Part shown: piece after piece, positions 37,829 to 52,233 of the stretch
How positions within the stretch are numbered: the stretch's first letter is position 1
Layout of the letters: every line of letters starts with the position of its first letter
Assembly (NCBI GenBank): GCA_050084515.1
Contig: CM114271.1
Location: 10,292,001-10,356,000 of the forward strand
Length of the DNA stretch: 64,000 bases
From: Blasia pusilla
Taxonomy: Eukaryota
Reading direction: 5' to 3'
Position numbers and translations under genes: made by a program
Notes under the pieces: generated by a model
Database searches by the model: none
Seen by the model: the letters and a program-made list of their open reading frames with translations, nothing else
What the model was told of the DNA's origin: nothing

Positions 37829-38531
37829 TGTTGAAATTTGTTAATATCTAATTTAGTCATGCCCTAAAAGTAGTTAGTCAAATACTAACTTAGTTGGATA
37901 CTAATTTAGTTAGCTAGAGATAACTTAGTGTTCCTCTATCTTTTTAGGGTAACCTTGAATTAGGGCAATTCTCGAGTTAAGGCTAGCCACCATCTGTTAT
38001 TTAGGTATGGATCTGTTCAAGAAGATCCAAGGGCCAAAAGTGCTCACCCTCATGTATATAATGTCTCTCTTTAGAGAGAGAAGCCAATTCTACAAAGATG
38101 CACAATTTTGGTGAGGACTCTGAGGCTCTTGGTCCCGCTGCAAAGTGATCAGAGAATAGGAAGAGGAGATTGAGACTAATTTCTTTGTGCTTGCTAGAGC
38201 CTCACCTTTGGAAGTCAGGTTGTTTTGTCTAGTATGCTGATGGAGATTGTTTGTGCTCAATGGTGAGCCATGTCTGATCTCTGAGCTGGTGACATGTGAG
38301 AACCTGTAGTGTGAGTGCAAGGTGTGGCTGAGTCGAATCCTTCTTAGTATCTCTTAGATAGTAAGAAGAGTCACATCATGGTAGGGCTCTGATTTGGCAA
38401 TAGAGATACGGACTGATTTGTTGATTGTGTACAAGCTGAAATCATGGATGGTCTAGCTGATGCTAGCTCTGACTTTGTACAAGGAGATACTTCTGCTGGT
38501 CAATCATTTTCTCAACTCTACATAGTTCTCA
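37829..38531 (+). repeat. Possible solo LTR
   Basis: TGTTGA start, TATA-like tract near 38055, LTR-like composition. No convincing TSD and the end is uncertain. Confidence 0.35.
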
Positions 38532-39959
38532 AGAGTACAATAACCCTAAAAACCGTATCACAACTCTGTGGGAGGGAAAGGGCCTCGTTATCAACAAACC
38601 TCCCTTATTACGATCAGAACTGTCACCAAGACAGAATTTAAAAGTTAAAAAAATAACCAGTTGGAAATTCAAGGGCGACGGCAAATGTTCAGCCAAAAAT
38701 ATCCTAAAGGGATCAACACACAACTTTAACGCTGAACTAACACCCGAAATCAAAGACGAATTTTATTCGCCGAAATCGCCGCATGGCGTAAGGAGGTGTT
38801 TGCGTGGGCGAGAAGGCACTCTCCCATAATAGTATAGATGGCAAATGAGCAAGTATGAGGAGAGAGGTATGTTCCGAAAGTGTCAAGTTCGCTTGCAGAT
38901 TTATCCATGAGCAATGGGATTTAAAGAGTATGGTTAACAAAGCGCTAACATAGCTAAACAGAAGAAAAAAGTTAGCCCATAAGCTAGATTTTGCAAGATT
39001 ACAAGAATCGTAGAAAAAGTGCTCCACATAGACTGCCCAGAACCATCAACGACTACAAGAAGTGGAACATCGCTCGTCAATCAATTATCTGTTTAGTAAA
39101 CTTCCACGAATTATCAACGACAGCGTCTCTGGCAAGCCAGCGAGACTATTATAGACTTACTCAGCTTCTGACAATGGGTATAGACGAACGCTACGACTAC
39201 CTGGCCTCAATCCCCGTCATGCATATTATGCAGGGTAAAGACGATACGCGTTGCAAGAAAAAAAGTAGGAAAATGTATTTTTTTATAGAAAATTAAGCAA
39301 TAGCCAGTCCAGCAGAGAGAGAATTCAAGGATAGATCTCTTGGTTCATCATCAAAGTCAACGCTAGCGGTTTAGGGTCAAGAAACCGTACAGGCTTTTCC
39401 CATGAATACAGCTCTAGAGATCAAATGAGTCGAACAGCTACCACTGGTAACAGTGATCCATTTACATAAAGCAGTGGGCATAGTTCTTTAGGAATACGAG
39501 AGTGACAATTCAAGCCCTTGAAAGAGCAGTGAATACAGGAGCTTTATTGAGTTCTGAAATGCTCATCTCCAAACTCGAAGGTACAAGAAATCAAACCCAA
39601 GTCACTTTAACTCTGCCAATCTATCTTTATGTAGCAGCTGCCCAATACTTTCTATCATCCACAAAAGTTTTGGTTTCCGGTTAGGATCTTGCCATACGAG
39701 TCTAAAAGCCCAGAGTCTGCACAAGAAAACTCCAAAACATGAAGCCAAGGACGACCCAATATGACACTCAAATGCAATGAACCCTAAACTGTCAATTCCA
39801 TGTACTCGAGGTGTCAATTTTTCTCGTCCGCCAGAGTGGGTTCTGAGCCGGAGGAATCTAACCTTATATATGTCCCATAGTCCCGAGTGTGCTAATGACA
39901 GATGGATGAAGCCCCCACATGAACTAAGACTGAAGTCGTTAGTCGCAAAAACATGAGAT

Positions 39960-40343
39960 TCACCTGAAAAATCGCCTCCTAGCCCACAACTTAGCAATTG
40001 AAGGTGTGAGTACAACCGTCAAGGGAATGCGCACTGGAAGCAGAGCTTTGTTGCACAAGAAGGCTACTGCAAATGCTCCGCCCTCTTCTAACACTTTAAT
40101 TTTATTTCCAGCAGCAGCACTGTCCATTTTCTCAATCACCATCCCAATGGGTTCCAGATCTGACGAGTTTCTAGGGCTCGAGACGAGTCCCGCTCGCTGG
40201 AGTAGATCATTCACGTCCACATTGTTCTTGATCGCCACGTAACACGAGGTGTAAGAAGCAACAGACACTGACAGATGAACAACCATGGCTACTCGTCCAT
40301 ACTTGGTAAAGAGCTCCTTCAGTCGTGCTCCTGGTCGTTCCAT
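39960..40343 (-). CDS. DUF1279 / FAM210B-like membrane protein, 127 aa
   Basis: RLKELFTKYGRVAMVVHLSVS...YVAIKNNVDV...GGAFAVAFLCNKALLPVRIPLTVVLTP is the DUF1279 pattern. Intact ORF with ATG at 40343. Confidence 0.88.
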   Translation of the reverse strand: MERPGARLKELFTKYGRVAMVVHLSVSVASYTSCYVAIKNNVDVNDLLQRAGLVSSPRNSSDLEPIGMVIEKMDSAAAGNKIKVLEEGGAFAVAFLCNKALLPVRIPLTVVLTPSIAKLWARRRFFR

Positions 40344-41347
40344 CCTCCGATTTAACCCAACCCACAAAGTTGATGTCGGGTTCTACGTCTCTACTTAGGT
40401 CCTATCTCCATGTTACAGTCCAGACTAAACAAAACCTTGCGAGCCAAAAGTCCCCTTCCAGCTCCTGGTCTACCCAGCTAGCCGCAACTCCTCCCAAGTC
40501 AGCAAAGATACTCCTGAATTTCTGACCTGAGTCCTATATCTGAGGAGCTGAATGTCGCATTCTTCAATGGTTACTACTCTCCCTACATTTCCGCTGTGTC
40601 TTGAAACTTTGATGTAGGTAAACTGAACCCTAATATTCAGCCTTTCACGAAAATCGATCACAAGTTCGATTATCCTCCAGAACTGTTCTATGCACGGAGA
40701 ACTAATGAACTTATTTCAACAACCCTACATTTGTGAACAGTCCACGAGACATTAGGAATTCGAAGTGTATGACATCGCAATCCATTCCCGGTAGAGTGCC
40801 TCAGCGTTACCGAGTGGATTTGATCGTATGTTCATTCGATCGTAGCAGCCGAAGAATGGGTTGAAGATCCATCTCCAATCAGTCAGGAGAAAGATGTGGT
40901 TGCTTTCATCGCGGTCTTCCCTTCCGCTTACTTCGTAGCGTCCATGCCTCCAAGAGAAAGTTCCGCAAAAATCGCAATTCTGTGTTCAACGAGCCCTCTG
41001 GGTGTTTGACGCGGAGCGCTACCCCATGCGCATGGCCAAGGGATAGGAAAAACATAGCCCTGGCATTTACTGCTAAGCACGTACGTGAGGAATCACATCG
41101 AAACGCGGGATATCCACCATAACCCGCGATTCGGACTGGAGCCGAAAAACGTCACACTAACGGGATTTCGGTAATATGCCGAAATCCCGGCATATTACCG
41201 CTACCGTTTTCGGCAGGCCATGCGGGAGGGTCATGTTCGCATGTATGGCATGGCCATGATGAACCCATGGCTGTGGGCATGGAATCCTCGCATATGGATG
41301 CCCATAGACAGCCATGGCAATGGCATCATCACACGCCTGTTCACCAT

Positions 41348-41653
41348 GCCACACAAGGCGCGCACGAGGAGGTCCTCTTCATTGGTCTTGACATGGCGCT
41401 CTCAACAGCGATCAAGTGTGCAATTTCTTCGTTGCAATTCCTCTTTGCCACATGTTTGGGTGGTGACCTGTTTGGTGCAAGCGTTTGGTGTTGGTTGTTG
41501 GATGGAGGAATATCCCTCACCCTAACCCTTAAATGTTAGAACCCAATTTATAGAAGAACACGATGCAAGGAATAAATTGCACACTTGATCGTTGTTGAGA
41601 GCGCCATGTCAAGACCAATGAAGAGGACCTCCTCGTGCGCGCCCTTGTGTGGC
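41348..41653. repeat. Long inverted repeat (~90-bp arms, ~127-bp loop)
   Basis: 41348-41436 and 41564-41653 are near-perfect reverse complements. Confidence 0.9.
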
Positions 41654-44399
41654 CATGGCTGTCTCCAACATTCCTTCAAGCTTACCCTAATCTCTGCCCA
41701 ACCTCCATGGCCTATTCATGCATGAGTGAAATAGAATTGAGCATGTCTTTAACTTCCTACCTACGATTAGAGGATTTCGCAAGCATCAATTTGTAGGGAG
41801 TGGATCTGGAGCACCTTTTCTAATTCATTTGTTTTGTGGTCTTCGTCGCATCGAATGTTTCCATTTTTTACGACATTCATGGTTTTGTAGACTTGTAAAT
41901 TATCCTTTATCGCCCACGAAATTGCGGGGAATGCCCACAAGGTTTTGTAACCTCCCAGGCTCTTAAGTTTCCCTGACCCTAAATCCGACATGGATTTAAT
42001 CACCAAATCCAAGTAATGCATAGAAGGTTTTTGTATCCTTCAGGATTATTACATTTCTACTTCCCAACCTTTATCCACATTACTTAGTAGCTTGATGTAT
42101 CGGTCACAAGCATATAGCCTCTTCTCTAATTCATATCAATCCCAAATGACATCCTACAATTGCTGATGAATTTGTAGCATTCTAGGGTTAGACTCTTATG
42201 TTATGTGCCCTAAACCAGATCATTTCCTCACATTCTACATCCCTTTAGGGTAAACCTGAATCCTACATGCATGGATTGAATCACCAAATCCAAAACGTGG
42301 TTGCTAAATGAGGCCTTTATTTTAGGGCAAACTTCAATCCTACATGATTCAATCACCAAATTCCAAAACATGGCATTCAGATGCAACGCATGGCTTCCAA
42401 TTCCTTCTGCATTCTTCAACACTAGGTATGACTGTAGAGCATTCTTTTACAATCTTCACATTATTCCTTCTTATGTATCATATCACACTAGAAAATCATG
42501 GAAAAATTAATCTCGTATCCTTTAGGGAAATTGCAAGGAATGTAGAGATGTAAATTATCTTTTTTTGCCTTCCAACTTGCAGTGAATGTGAACACGGTTT
42601 TTGTATCCTTAAAGATTGTTACATTTCCCACTTCCACAATTGTTGATAAATTTGTACCATTTAGGGTTTAGACACTTTATCATGCTTTGTACCCTAAACC
42701 AGATCAATTCGCCACATTTCTACAATTTTTCTTGCTAAATGAGGCATTCACTTAAGGGTACACCTAAATCCTACATGATTCAATCAATATATCCAAAACA
42801 TAGAACTCATATGCAAGGCATGGCTTCCATCTTAGTGTCATGCGCCAACTCCTCTTAAACGTCAATCTTTAGTGTTGCAGAAGCGTACGTTCAATATGAC
42901 ACGCTCTCATTGTTGATCTACACCCAAACACACTCACGTTAGTCTAGTCTGGGTCAATGAGCCTTCCAACCCACCAAGTCCTCAACTCAACATCTCATCA
43001 AGCTCAACCTTCCTTATTCCTAGCTTCCCAACATGTGCAACTCTTCCAAGACTTAGGATAGACTTTTTGGTTAGTCCAAGCACACAAAACATCGTTCACG
43101 CGCCTAGCGGTCCCAACTATCCAATGGACCTCGCATGAGTCCCAAACCGAGACCCAACTAAATGAATCACGGGTTGGAATCCAATAGGGACCTCCGAAAT
43201 CCAATAGGGATTTTTTTTGGATTCCGAGTCCCAACGCCAAACTCCGGATCCATTCTGTGCCCTTGGGTCGCCCCGCGGCACTCCAAAGTGGGGTTCGAGT
43301 CCCAAGAACTCTTGGAGACGTTCTCCCTTACTAGTACTTATGGGGTTCTTGGTCCTCCCCCTATCTTTGGGTAAGGGACGTTTGGGCTACTCTTTCTTGC
43401 ACTCAACCCAACTCCCCATACAATCATTTTTGGGAAGTTTCTCAACTTCTGCTTGTGTATTTGCTAGAATCTTTGGTGTGTTGGAACCAAATTTGCATAA
43501 CATCTTCAACGCCACCTTATTTGTTCCAAACGCATCTTGGAAACTAAAAATTATGGTCCATAATACAGTCAAAATCCTAAACGCTAGTCCCGTTTCAAAT
43601 TCGGTTCTCACCTCTTTGGCAACCACTCTTTCTAAACTCAACTCCTCTCAAGTCTTGGTTCACTTTTGGTTCATGTTTCCTAGTCGGAACCATAAACGCA
43701 TGAAACACTAAACCTTATTCGTGTCTCATCTTATGTCTTTTGTGTCTCTTCCAAGAGACCACTCCAACGTGCAAACCATCCTAACATGAGCCCACTAGAG
43801 TTCTAATGTTCCGCTTGTCGCTCGTTTGGTTATGAGGATCACAACATTTAGGGTGTATTCTGCAAGAATGGGCATGACTGTAGAGCATTTTTGGATAATC
43901 TGAAATTTATTTCTTCCCGCATGTCATGCTATAAAACGCAATATCCATCTAGTGACTTTCAAATTCTATTTTCTTCCTACATCCAACTCAGTCACTAGAG
44001 TAGGAATTTCAGCAATATCAATTTCACTAGCACCAAAGAAATGATGCATAAATATTGCATCTCTAACACTTTACAGATATGAAAATGTGATATATTTGCA
44101 ACTCCATCATCTTCCTCCAGTAAATATTTTGAATTAGCCTTCACCTCCATATAATGTACTGCCCATGGTCTTGCTAATATGCAACGGGGCGGGAGCCCCA
44201 GTAACAGTAGTATGCCCATCCTCCTTGGTAGTAAAAGTTGTAAGAGGGCTACCACATTGGCCCTATATTAGTTATGCCTTCGATTATGTACAAAGAAATG
44301 GCATACTCACCATCTATCGTCACTTTTTTGATAAGCAGATGATATTTTGTATGCCTTGCAAAGGCGCCAACACCATTCATGCTTAAAGGACTCAATCTA

Positions 44400-46862
44400 T
44401 CTCTATGAAGGTGTCAGACAGTCCCTCGAATTTTGATGCAAAAGGGATTCTATCGTGAATAGTGGACGGCCTATTAATCAGGTTGGATGTATGTTTCTTT
44501 GACCTATCTCCACTTATTCACGACTTGCAAAGACCCTAGTTCTTTATTCTGAACAAAGACATCAGTTGGAACAAAGGGTTTAAGCTTTTCAAGTTGAAGA
44601 TTGGCGGTCAGCGAAGCCTTAGGAAGAGCACTTGTGTGGTTTTCAAAGTGTTGGCACCAATGCCTGTTGACATACTCCAACTTGTCCGTGATCTGCCTAG
44701 TCAAAGGTCTCTACAGCTTCATCCACGAGCTCTTTGGCATCTTGAGGCTCTAATTGCACATCTTCGTGAAGCTTCTATTCGGCTTCCAAGATAGAAATAC
44801 AGTTGGTAGTTTGTGTCCATTGTACCATTAGATAGATTTTCATTGCATGTTGCTCCTACAACAACTTCTGCATCTGTGCATTATGAGCTGATATTTTCTT
44901 CAACTCGGTTTGCAAGATCTCCACATGCTTTCGCCATTAATAGGCCTGCTGCAAAGCTTCCTGAAGTTGAGCATACATTTGATCCACTCCGCACTTGATG
45001 TTTACTGCCAAGCTCTCCCACTGTCTGGCATTTCGTGCTTTGTACTCTGCAATTACCGAGTCACTCTGTGACTTCCGAAGTGCAATTTTGACAACACAGA
45101 GTTCTTGATCTCTGATTTCCACCTGCCTCTCAAGGGTTTCAGGAAGTGCTTTGTGCTTTGTTGCGCCCTCCACCTCGTGATGGAGCTCTTGAAGAGCCAT
45201 CAAGTATTTTGTACCTGCCGAATCGCCTGAGCGAAGCATTTGCTATAGCTCGTTCATAACGGGAAAGGCTAGACCCAAAAACCACGTGAAGTGGGATAAT
45301 GTATGTGACATTTAACAAAGAGTGAAAACCTCTTCATTACTACTAGGAGTCTCTATTTGTTCTTTGGTCGCGGCTAGCTCTGCCTCGGTTGGGACGTCAA
45401 ACTTGACCCTAACTTTCTTGGTTGTGGCACTTCTGGGCGCTCCTTGGGTTGTGTTGAGGAGGAACATTGGTGCATTCTTGGATGAGTTGTTGCACTATGT
45501 GGAGTCCTTGTAATGTCTCTACTCCCCGAACCCAAAGCATCAGTAGTTCTTGGCATGCGCATAGGGGCTAAGTTTACCCAATCCAGAGCTTCGTCTGGTG
45601 AAAAGCTCTTCCTTGTGCGTATACAGATGGATTAAGAATGGCGATAGAAAGGACTTCTTGTTGGGATGCAAGGAATCCATCATCTGACGAACTTGAACAT
45701 CGAAAAAAGAAGCAAAATCTACTCCCGACTCCATAGGGTTTTCATATGGCACTTGTATACCAATTTTTTGCTTAGATAGTACGAGCAGGCAAGGAAGAAA
45801 AGCTTCATCAAGTGTTTACAAAACTGAGAAAAGAGGGGTGGAGACAGCAAGGAATCCTTGTACCTTTTTCTTCCTAGTGTGTCTGAAGTGACACAACCTA
45901 GAGCAACAAGGTGTTTGTGGAAAATTTGGACCTTGTGATCGTACGCCACTTCAGGTGCGGCACGCAAAAGATAGGTAGCTTGCCAGTCATCCGCCATTGA
46001 ATTTTTTGGCTGTGCCTGGTAGACAAAGTGTGGCAGGAAAAATATAGGTAGCTTGCCAATCGTCCGCCGTCCAATTGTTTGGGTGTGCCTGGTAGACGAA
46101 GCCCTTTTTCTTGAAGCGCTCCGCTTCTCAACTGGATCCTAGCTCGCCCAGAAATTCCCCCAACGTTAATGTCCAATTGGCTTGGAAGAAAGTGGCCAAA
46201 AACCGCTCTTCCAACGCTTTGACAAGCTCGACGGAGAGATTTCCACTTGGCAACGCGACGCTTTGCATAATCGAGAGTGCTTCTTCACGCATCATTATAG
46301 ACGAGGATCTAGTGCGAGAGGGTCACTGCTTGTGCGCTCCTTGCCTCAGCCTGCTTCTCACTCTAGGTGCTTTGTATTCATTACCACTCAGGGAATGCCC
46401 AGTCGGGGTTTTCGTAGTGGTTCTTGATAATTGTTTCTTGCCATAATGGCTCCTAGGGTTAAGTGCATTGGCGGTATTGTCCAGCTCTTCCCCTACAAAC
46501 AAAGACTGTGTACCAAACTTAGGCTTGCTCTTTGTTGTGCCGCTTTGTCGCTACCATGCTTCGTCCTAAGCGCTTCGGCCTACCTCCGACATCAGTCCGG
46601 GTATGTTTTGGGCAAATGGTATCTTCTTACATGCTTCCCATTAACACGCGTGGGCATCTATTCTCCCTCTAAAGTTTCTAGCTGCAAGGAGCCATTTTCA
46701 AAGATCTGAAGCACTATGTAGGATCCCGTCCAGTTCAATTTAAGCTTCTCTAGAAACTTCAATCGTCGGTTATCGTAGAGCAATACCAGGTCCCCTACAT
46801 TTATAGATTGAGGACGAAGATGTTTATCATAGCGCTTCTTCCTCTCCGCTTGCATGGTCTTC
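44400..46862 (-). mobile_element. Degenerate Gypsy 3' region: integrase C-terminus (GPY/F) and a decayed extra ORF
   Basis: 46855-46658: RKKRYDK...VGDLVLLYD...KLKLNWTGSYIV...NGSLQL. Fragmented, partly coiled-coil-like ORFs downstream (46440-44500). Confidence 0.7.
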
Positions 46863-47960
46863 TGTGATGACCCACTCTTTTGAACATTTTGTAGTTGGGA
46901 TGTTTTTTGTACAGAAATAAGTAAAGGTCTTTATGAAGGAAGATTGAAGATTTTGTAGAAGATTGTAAATATGAATAGAGGAAGAGAAATAGTTGGAAGA
47001 GTACTTGTTAAGGCTAGTCAATGAAACTCCATTGAGAAGACAAGGAGATTGGAAGATGAGCGAATTATCTTGGAGGGGTGAGAATTGTTGTAAGCGGAGG
47101 AAAGGAGAAGGGACAGGGAAGATTTAGGAGAGGCGCGGGTACTTCTTGGCGAAGACCGCAGTGTGGAAAGATGGTAAAGATTGTTAAACAAAGACCTATA
47201 AAAGACTTGTTCTCTGCAGTAGAGGATCCAAGGGAGTCTTCGTGCAAAGACTGTGAACAAAGACCGAAGACCTAAGAGCGAAGACTAAGAAATCCAAGGA
47301 GAAGGAGAAAGAAGAAGAGGAAATCAAAGAGTCTTCACAGAGCGGAAAGGTGTGTGAATAATAGGAATAGAAAGAGAAATAATGTTTTGAAGAAAGCGGA
47401 TTGAAAGAAGGTCGCGAGGAGGACTCTTCGCGGCGGCAAAAGGATAAGAGTCTTCGCGAAGATAGGATCGCGGAGATAGGATTGCAAAGATAGAATCACG
47501 GAGATAGGACTGTAAAGACTACAAAGATTGTAAAGATTGTGAAGACCATGAAGACTGCAAAGATTGTGAATGAAGACTGCGAAGATTGTAAATAATGAAC
47601 CGTCGTAGCAGTTTTGGGAGGAAATGAAAGGGCGTCAGGGTTCAGAAGAAAGCAAAAGAGAAACCAACCAACTTAAGGGAAATGAAGGGTTGGAGGATCT
47701 GAACCGTGGGATTAATAGTTAGAATTTAGAAGGAAGTAGGGAGATCAATCACGAATTTTAAAGAGACTATTAAAAGAGTAAAGCAGAAGAGCAAGGGGTC
47801 ATTCCCTTGTGTCTTGAGTTGCCAAGTACTTTTGGTGGATTGTGTGAAGAAGTCTTTGGGGATGATCCAAGCTGAAGAGTCTTGTACCCTCGGAAGCTTG
47901 TAATACTTTCTAGTTCTTTCCACTCTTTGATGCAGTAGAAGTATCTTCTCTCAGCAACCA
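46863..47960 (+). repeat. Family-4-related LTR (truncated) inserted in the Gypsy integrase
   Basis: Starts TGTGATGACCCACTCT, the reverse complement of the 63671 end. Shares the GAAGACT-rich repeats. Confidence 0.8.
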
Positions 47961-47974
47961 GACTTCATGTAGAG

Positions 47975-49054
47975 GCAACCACACGTCACTCTACCTTTTT
48001 TGTACCAATTCGCGGTGACATACCACATATGCATCCCATGTCTGATGCACATATAAAGTTGAAGAACGCAGATGTTGTGGTCATTGACGAGAGTTCTATG
48101 ATTACTCCAAGATTACTAAAAATTATAATTATGCGTCTTAATGAAACTAGACTAGGTCCCGCCAATGATTTATTTCAAACCAAATTATTTATTCTTGTCG
48201 GTGATCTCGCCCAATTACCTCCACTATGCTCCCACAACTTTGAGAGATTTTGTCATACTTGCCATCTTATGTCCTCTGCCTTCATGCACACAGCTACATC
48301 TTATGTTCTCACAACTAACATGAGACTTGTTAATGACACTGACTATCTCCAATTTCTGAATGGAGTTCGACATTCCCTACCTATTGTTGCTCAGATTCAC
48401 ACCTACCTAAGAGACTGCTTTGTAGACGAATGCACATCAATAGACTTTTTAGATCCAGACACTCTGATAATGTGTTCCCACCGTTGTGATGTCCACTTAT
48501 TTAATACCATTAGTTTAAACTATTATTTTGGATAGGAATTGGTAGTTCCAGTGTAAGTTCACACTGATGCTTCACCATCACCAGAGTTTACATCTTGGAT
48601 AAATGATGATGATTTCCATCAGATTCCATACATAGCCATTGGTTGCATTGTAATGCTTACTTCAAATATGAATCTATCCAAACAAACATCCAATGGCTCT
48701 CTTGTTATCATCATTGATATTTCTTACAAGGATGATTTAAGACATGTTATAACTGTACGCATCAATTCTTCCAATGCATCCGTTAGAATTACTAGAACAC
48801 ACTTCTCTTCTCTTCGCCATGGTTTATTTTGTGAGTACTACAAGAGGAAATTTCCTCTGATTTTAGGATATGCAATGACACGAGATAAGAGTCAGGGACT
48901 CACAGTCAATGGCAAATGTCTACTTGTTATCAAGTCTGCCTTTGCAACAGGATTAGTATATGTGATGCTCTCAGGAGTTTGTAATAGGGCACAACTAGGG
49001 ATTCTTGGGAGCTTAGAACCACAAGATTTTATTACATATGGTCAGCAACCATAG
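47975..49054 (+). pseudogene. PIF1-like SF1 helicase pseudogene, probably TE-derived
   Basis: VVVIDESSM (II), LVGDLAQLPP (III), LTTNMR, FPLILGYAMTRDKSQGLT (V), GLVYVMLS (VI). Interrupted by stops; Walker A missing. Confidence 0.85.
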
Positions 49055-52000
49055 ATTTTGTCTCGTTTTCCTAAAACTAACAATTTTCCATAATGGCAAT
49101 GGGTGAAGGTCCTTCATGATTTTAGGGAAAGAAGCACGCAGGAGGATCTTCTACACCACATATATCCTACATGTAGCAGGTTCATCCAGCAACATCTACA
49201 ATTGACACATCAAACACTATTCTTGCAGGTGAAGAACAATCAAACATTTGTGTGGACTAGCAGCCACCACGGCAATCATCTCAGATAAAAATCTCTACTA
49301 ATCATCTCCAACTTCAATTATAGATCCGTATCCTACTATACTAACTACCTTCCAGGTACCAACCAACTACTTGGACTTTGCGAGCATGATACTTAGTGAT
49401 GTTAGTAGCATACAAGATGAACCTGCGCAACGCTTTGTCCAACCAACAAAAAATCAGATGAGGTTTTGTGATAACCTTGGTCTTGTAACGTCATTATGCC
49501 AAAATGGAGTAACAAGCAGGCAGATTCAATCAATCATAACTCAAGGAAAGGCTTGGGATCAGAAGTTTCGTAGTGTTAACAAGGATGCTCCTACAACAGG
49601 TACATCACTCTCGACTACAAAATTTTCAACCAGACTTTACAAAATCATCATCATTGTTTATTCCCTGAATTAGAATTCTAGTCATGTTGTCTACCACTTT
49701 CAAGTATGCAGAAGGAGGCATTACGCTACAAGAAAATTGACTTCATGGAGACGTCACTAACCAGATCCCAAGGCAATAGACTATTTACATTAGCTCATGG
49801 TGGAATTCTCTTAGATCCCTCCGAGATGACTTCCATCTTCCTATCCACATGGTCATTGATTTGTCCTCAAATAAAGCTTCCCATCTCATCAATAAGCTCA
49901 AGCTAGCACACTCTAATGGTGAGCTACCACCTTTTACACTAGACCAGATTCAGTGACCTCCGGTGATTCCAACTCTTCCTGATTTTGTTGATAACACTAC
50001 ATGCAGGTCAACATGACTATAGATACATGTGTGCAAAGAGAAAACTTGTACAATGTTCCTATAACAATGTACCAACAGGCATTGTCACAACTCCAGGACG
50101 TTGAGGAGCAACTTGCCTCTCTAAGCATACAGATGAATTTACATGAAGACCTTGAGTCCTCTCTTTATGAGGAGATTGATATTCTTAACTTTCAGATTTC
50201 TTTTCATAAAGACAAGGTGAAGGACGCGAGTAAGCATTTCAAGCTTTTTTTCAAACATCTCTGGCTGCTCATTGTCGCAGATCCGTTACAACTAGTTTAG
50301 GCAAACATCATGGAGTCACTTCTCGGTAAGTGATTCCACATTAGCATCAACATACTGTTAGTGCCATCTGGTCTTTTGCTGGACACATACTCACATGATA
50401 ATTCCATTATCATATTCTTAGCTCACAAGCAGCCCGAACCAACAATTTCAGTCACTCTGAGCATTATTTTGTACATACTTTTATGCTCTAAATTAAAGGT
50501 AGATATGCAGCTCTGATTTTTCAATCTTCCATATTTCTGTGTATACACATTAGCTAGACTCCTTACTATCAATACATGTTTTTCCACACATGAAGTGCTT
50601 TCCACTTTCTACAATCTCCTACACTTGCCCTGCTTCTATCTTTCCTACTCAAATCCCCACATATCCTTTCATTGCAATCTGCTTACTACTTACACAATGC
50701 TACCCCTTGCCACAATTGAACTTCTCTTAAATTTCTACTTCCTGGAACTCCACTTGCACATAACCAAACTATGGTAACTTCATTTTAATACACCTATTTA
50801 TGCTCTTCACATTCTATTTTCTAGCTAGAACCGTCAAATTCGATTCTACTAGCTCCAACGATCATCATCAGTGAGCTATCTCCAAAGTAAACCTGACTTT
50901 ATTGATATCAACTAGCAGCTTTCATTACAAATTCCTCTCATTACTAATCAAAACTTACTACAATTCAATACAAAAAATTACAAACACAACCTCAACAATT
51001 ATTTTTACAGCAACCATCTAGATTTACCTTTTATTTTTCTGTATCATGTAATATAATGATATTAATTTTACTTAAAAAATCGCTCAGGCTCTCCTACAAG
51101 ATTCAATCAACCCAGCACTTGCTGTACCTTTTTACCACCTCATTGCAGTCACATTGAACATCAGATGTTTTCTTATTTCTTTAAATACTCACCAATATAT
51201 AGTCTTAAACACTATCTACGAGCACAACCTTACTATATGGCCGCATACTAGTTCGGCAAGCCCCGTTATTACTCCTTATGTTCCAGCCTCCACGTTGCGG
51301 AAGATCAAGAGTGACCCATGCTTGTGCTCTAATTTACTTCGCCACTTGAAGGGAGCAAACTGAGGCATCTGGAACGGTATGCAATTGCTGCTCTGCGTAA
51401 GAATAAATTCATTGGTTCATGATCGCTGAGAGCTTTGCACCTCCCCTGTGACCGACGCTGATGATGGAGCCAATGCCTGTGTCTGGTAGCTGTTCAGATT
51501 TAGTCAGTCGGAAGAATCGCATCGTAATTAGTTTTGCCTCACACTCTTCGGGATACCCATCCTTGCATCTACCACCGTCCAAGTAGGGTGCAGGAGTGTA
51601 TAGTCGACAGGCGCGAGTAAATAAGCACATTTCTGTATACAATCCTTGATTTCTTTTTTCTCTTTTATATAGTTAGCGGGTCTTCGAAGCATGTTAATCA
51701 TGCTATGCATGGCAGTGTAATCGTGTGGGTGAGGTTTGTTGATATTGGGGTGGGAATTGGTGGAAAAATAGTAGAGGTTTCAAATTCAGGGATCGTCATG
51801 GCTCCAGTGTTGTAATAACACTTGAGCCATGACGCATCCACGATGTGTCTTTGTATCGCTCCTATGAGAACTCAGGGTCCGTGTGGACAAAGGAATTTTC
51901 TGGAAAGGGGAAAGATGCGAAGTATTCCAATTTCGTTGGATATCTGAGGTGCTGTCTCAGATTCATGGAGGAATTGGATGGTCAGTTGACAGGGAAAGTA

Positions 52001-52233
52001 GAGTGCGCAATTTATTTTTTTTGGATGTCTTGCGGAGAATATCTTTTGTATTTGGAAATCATCTGTTAGTTTATTGTAGGTTTGTTTAGGGTCATGGTTT
52101 TTCACTCATCCGTACCGGCATGAACACAGCAGAGTTTGGAGATCAGCTGACAAGGGTTCGGCGTATGAGGAGCTTCGGCGTCAGTGAAAAATTCAGAGCT
52201 TAAATATTGTCCCTGGTTGGTGGTTGTTCGTCG

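Noticed and set aside
41767-43950. Protein-coding gene in the degenerate duplicated blocks
   Set aside because: Only short ORFs without motifs. 42030-42400 and 42600-42830 are decayed direct repeats, probably TE-derived.
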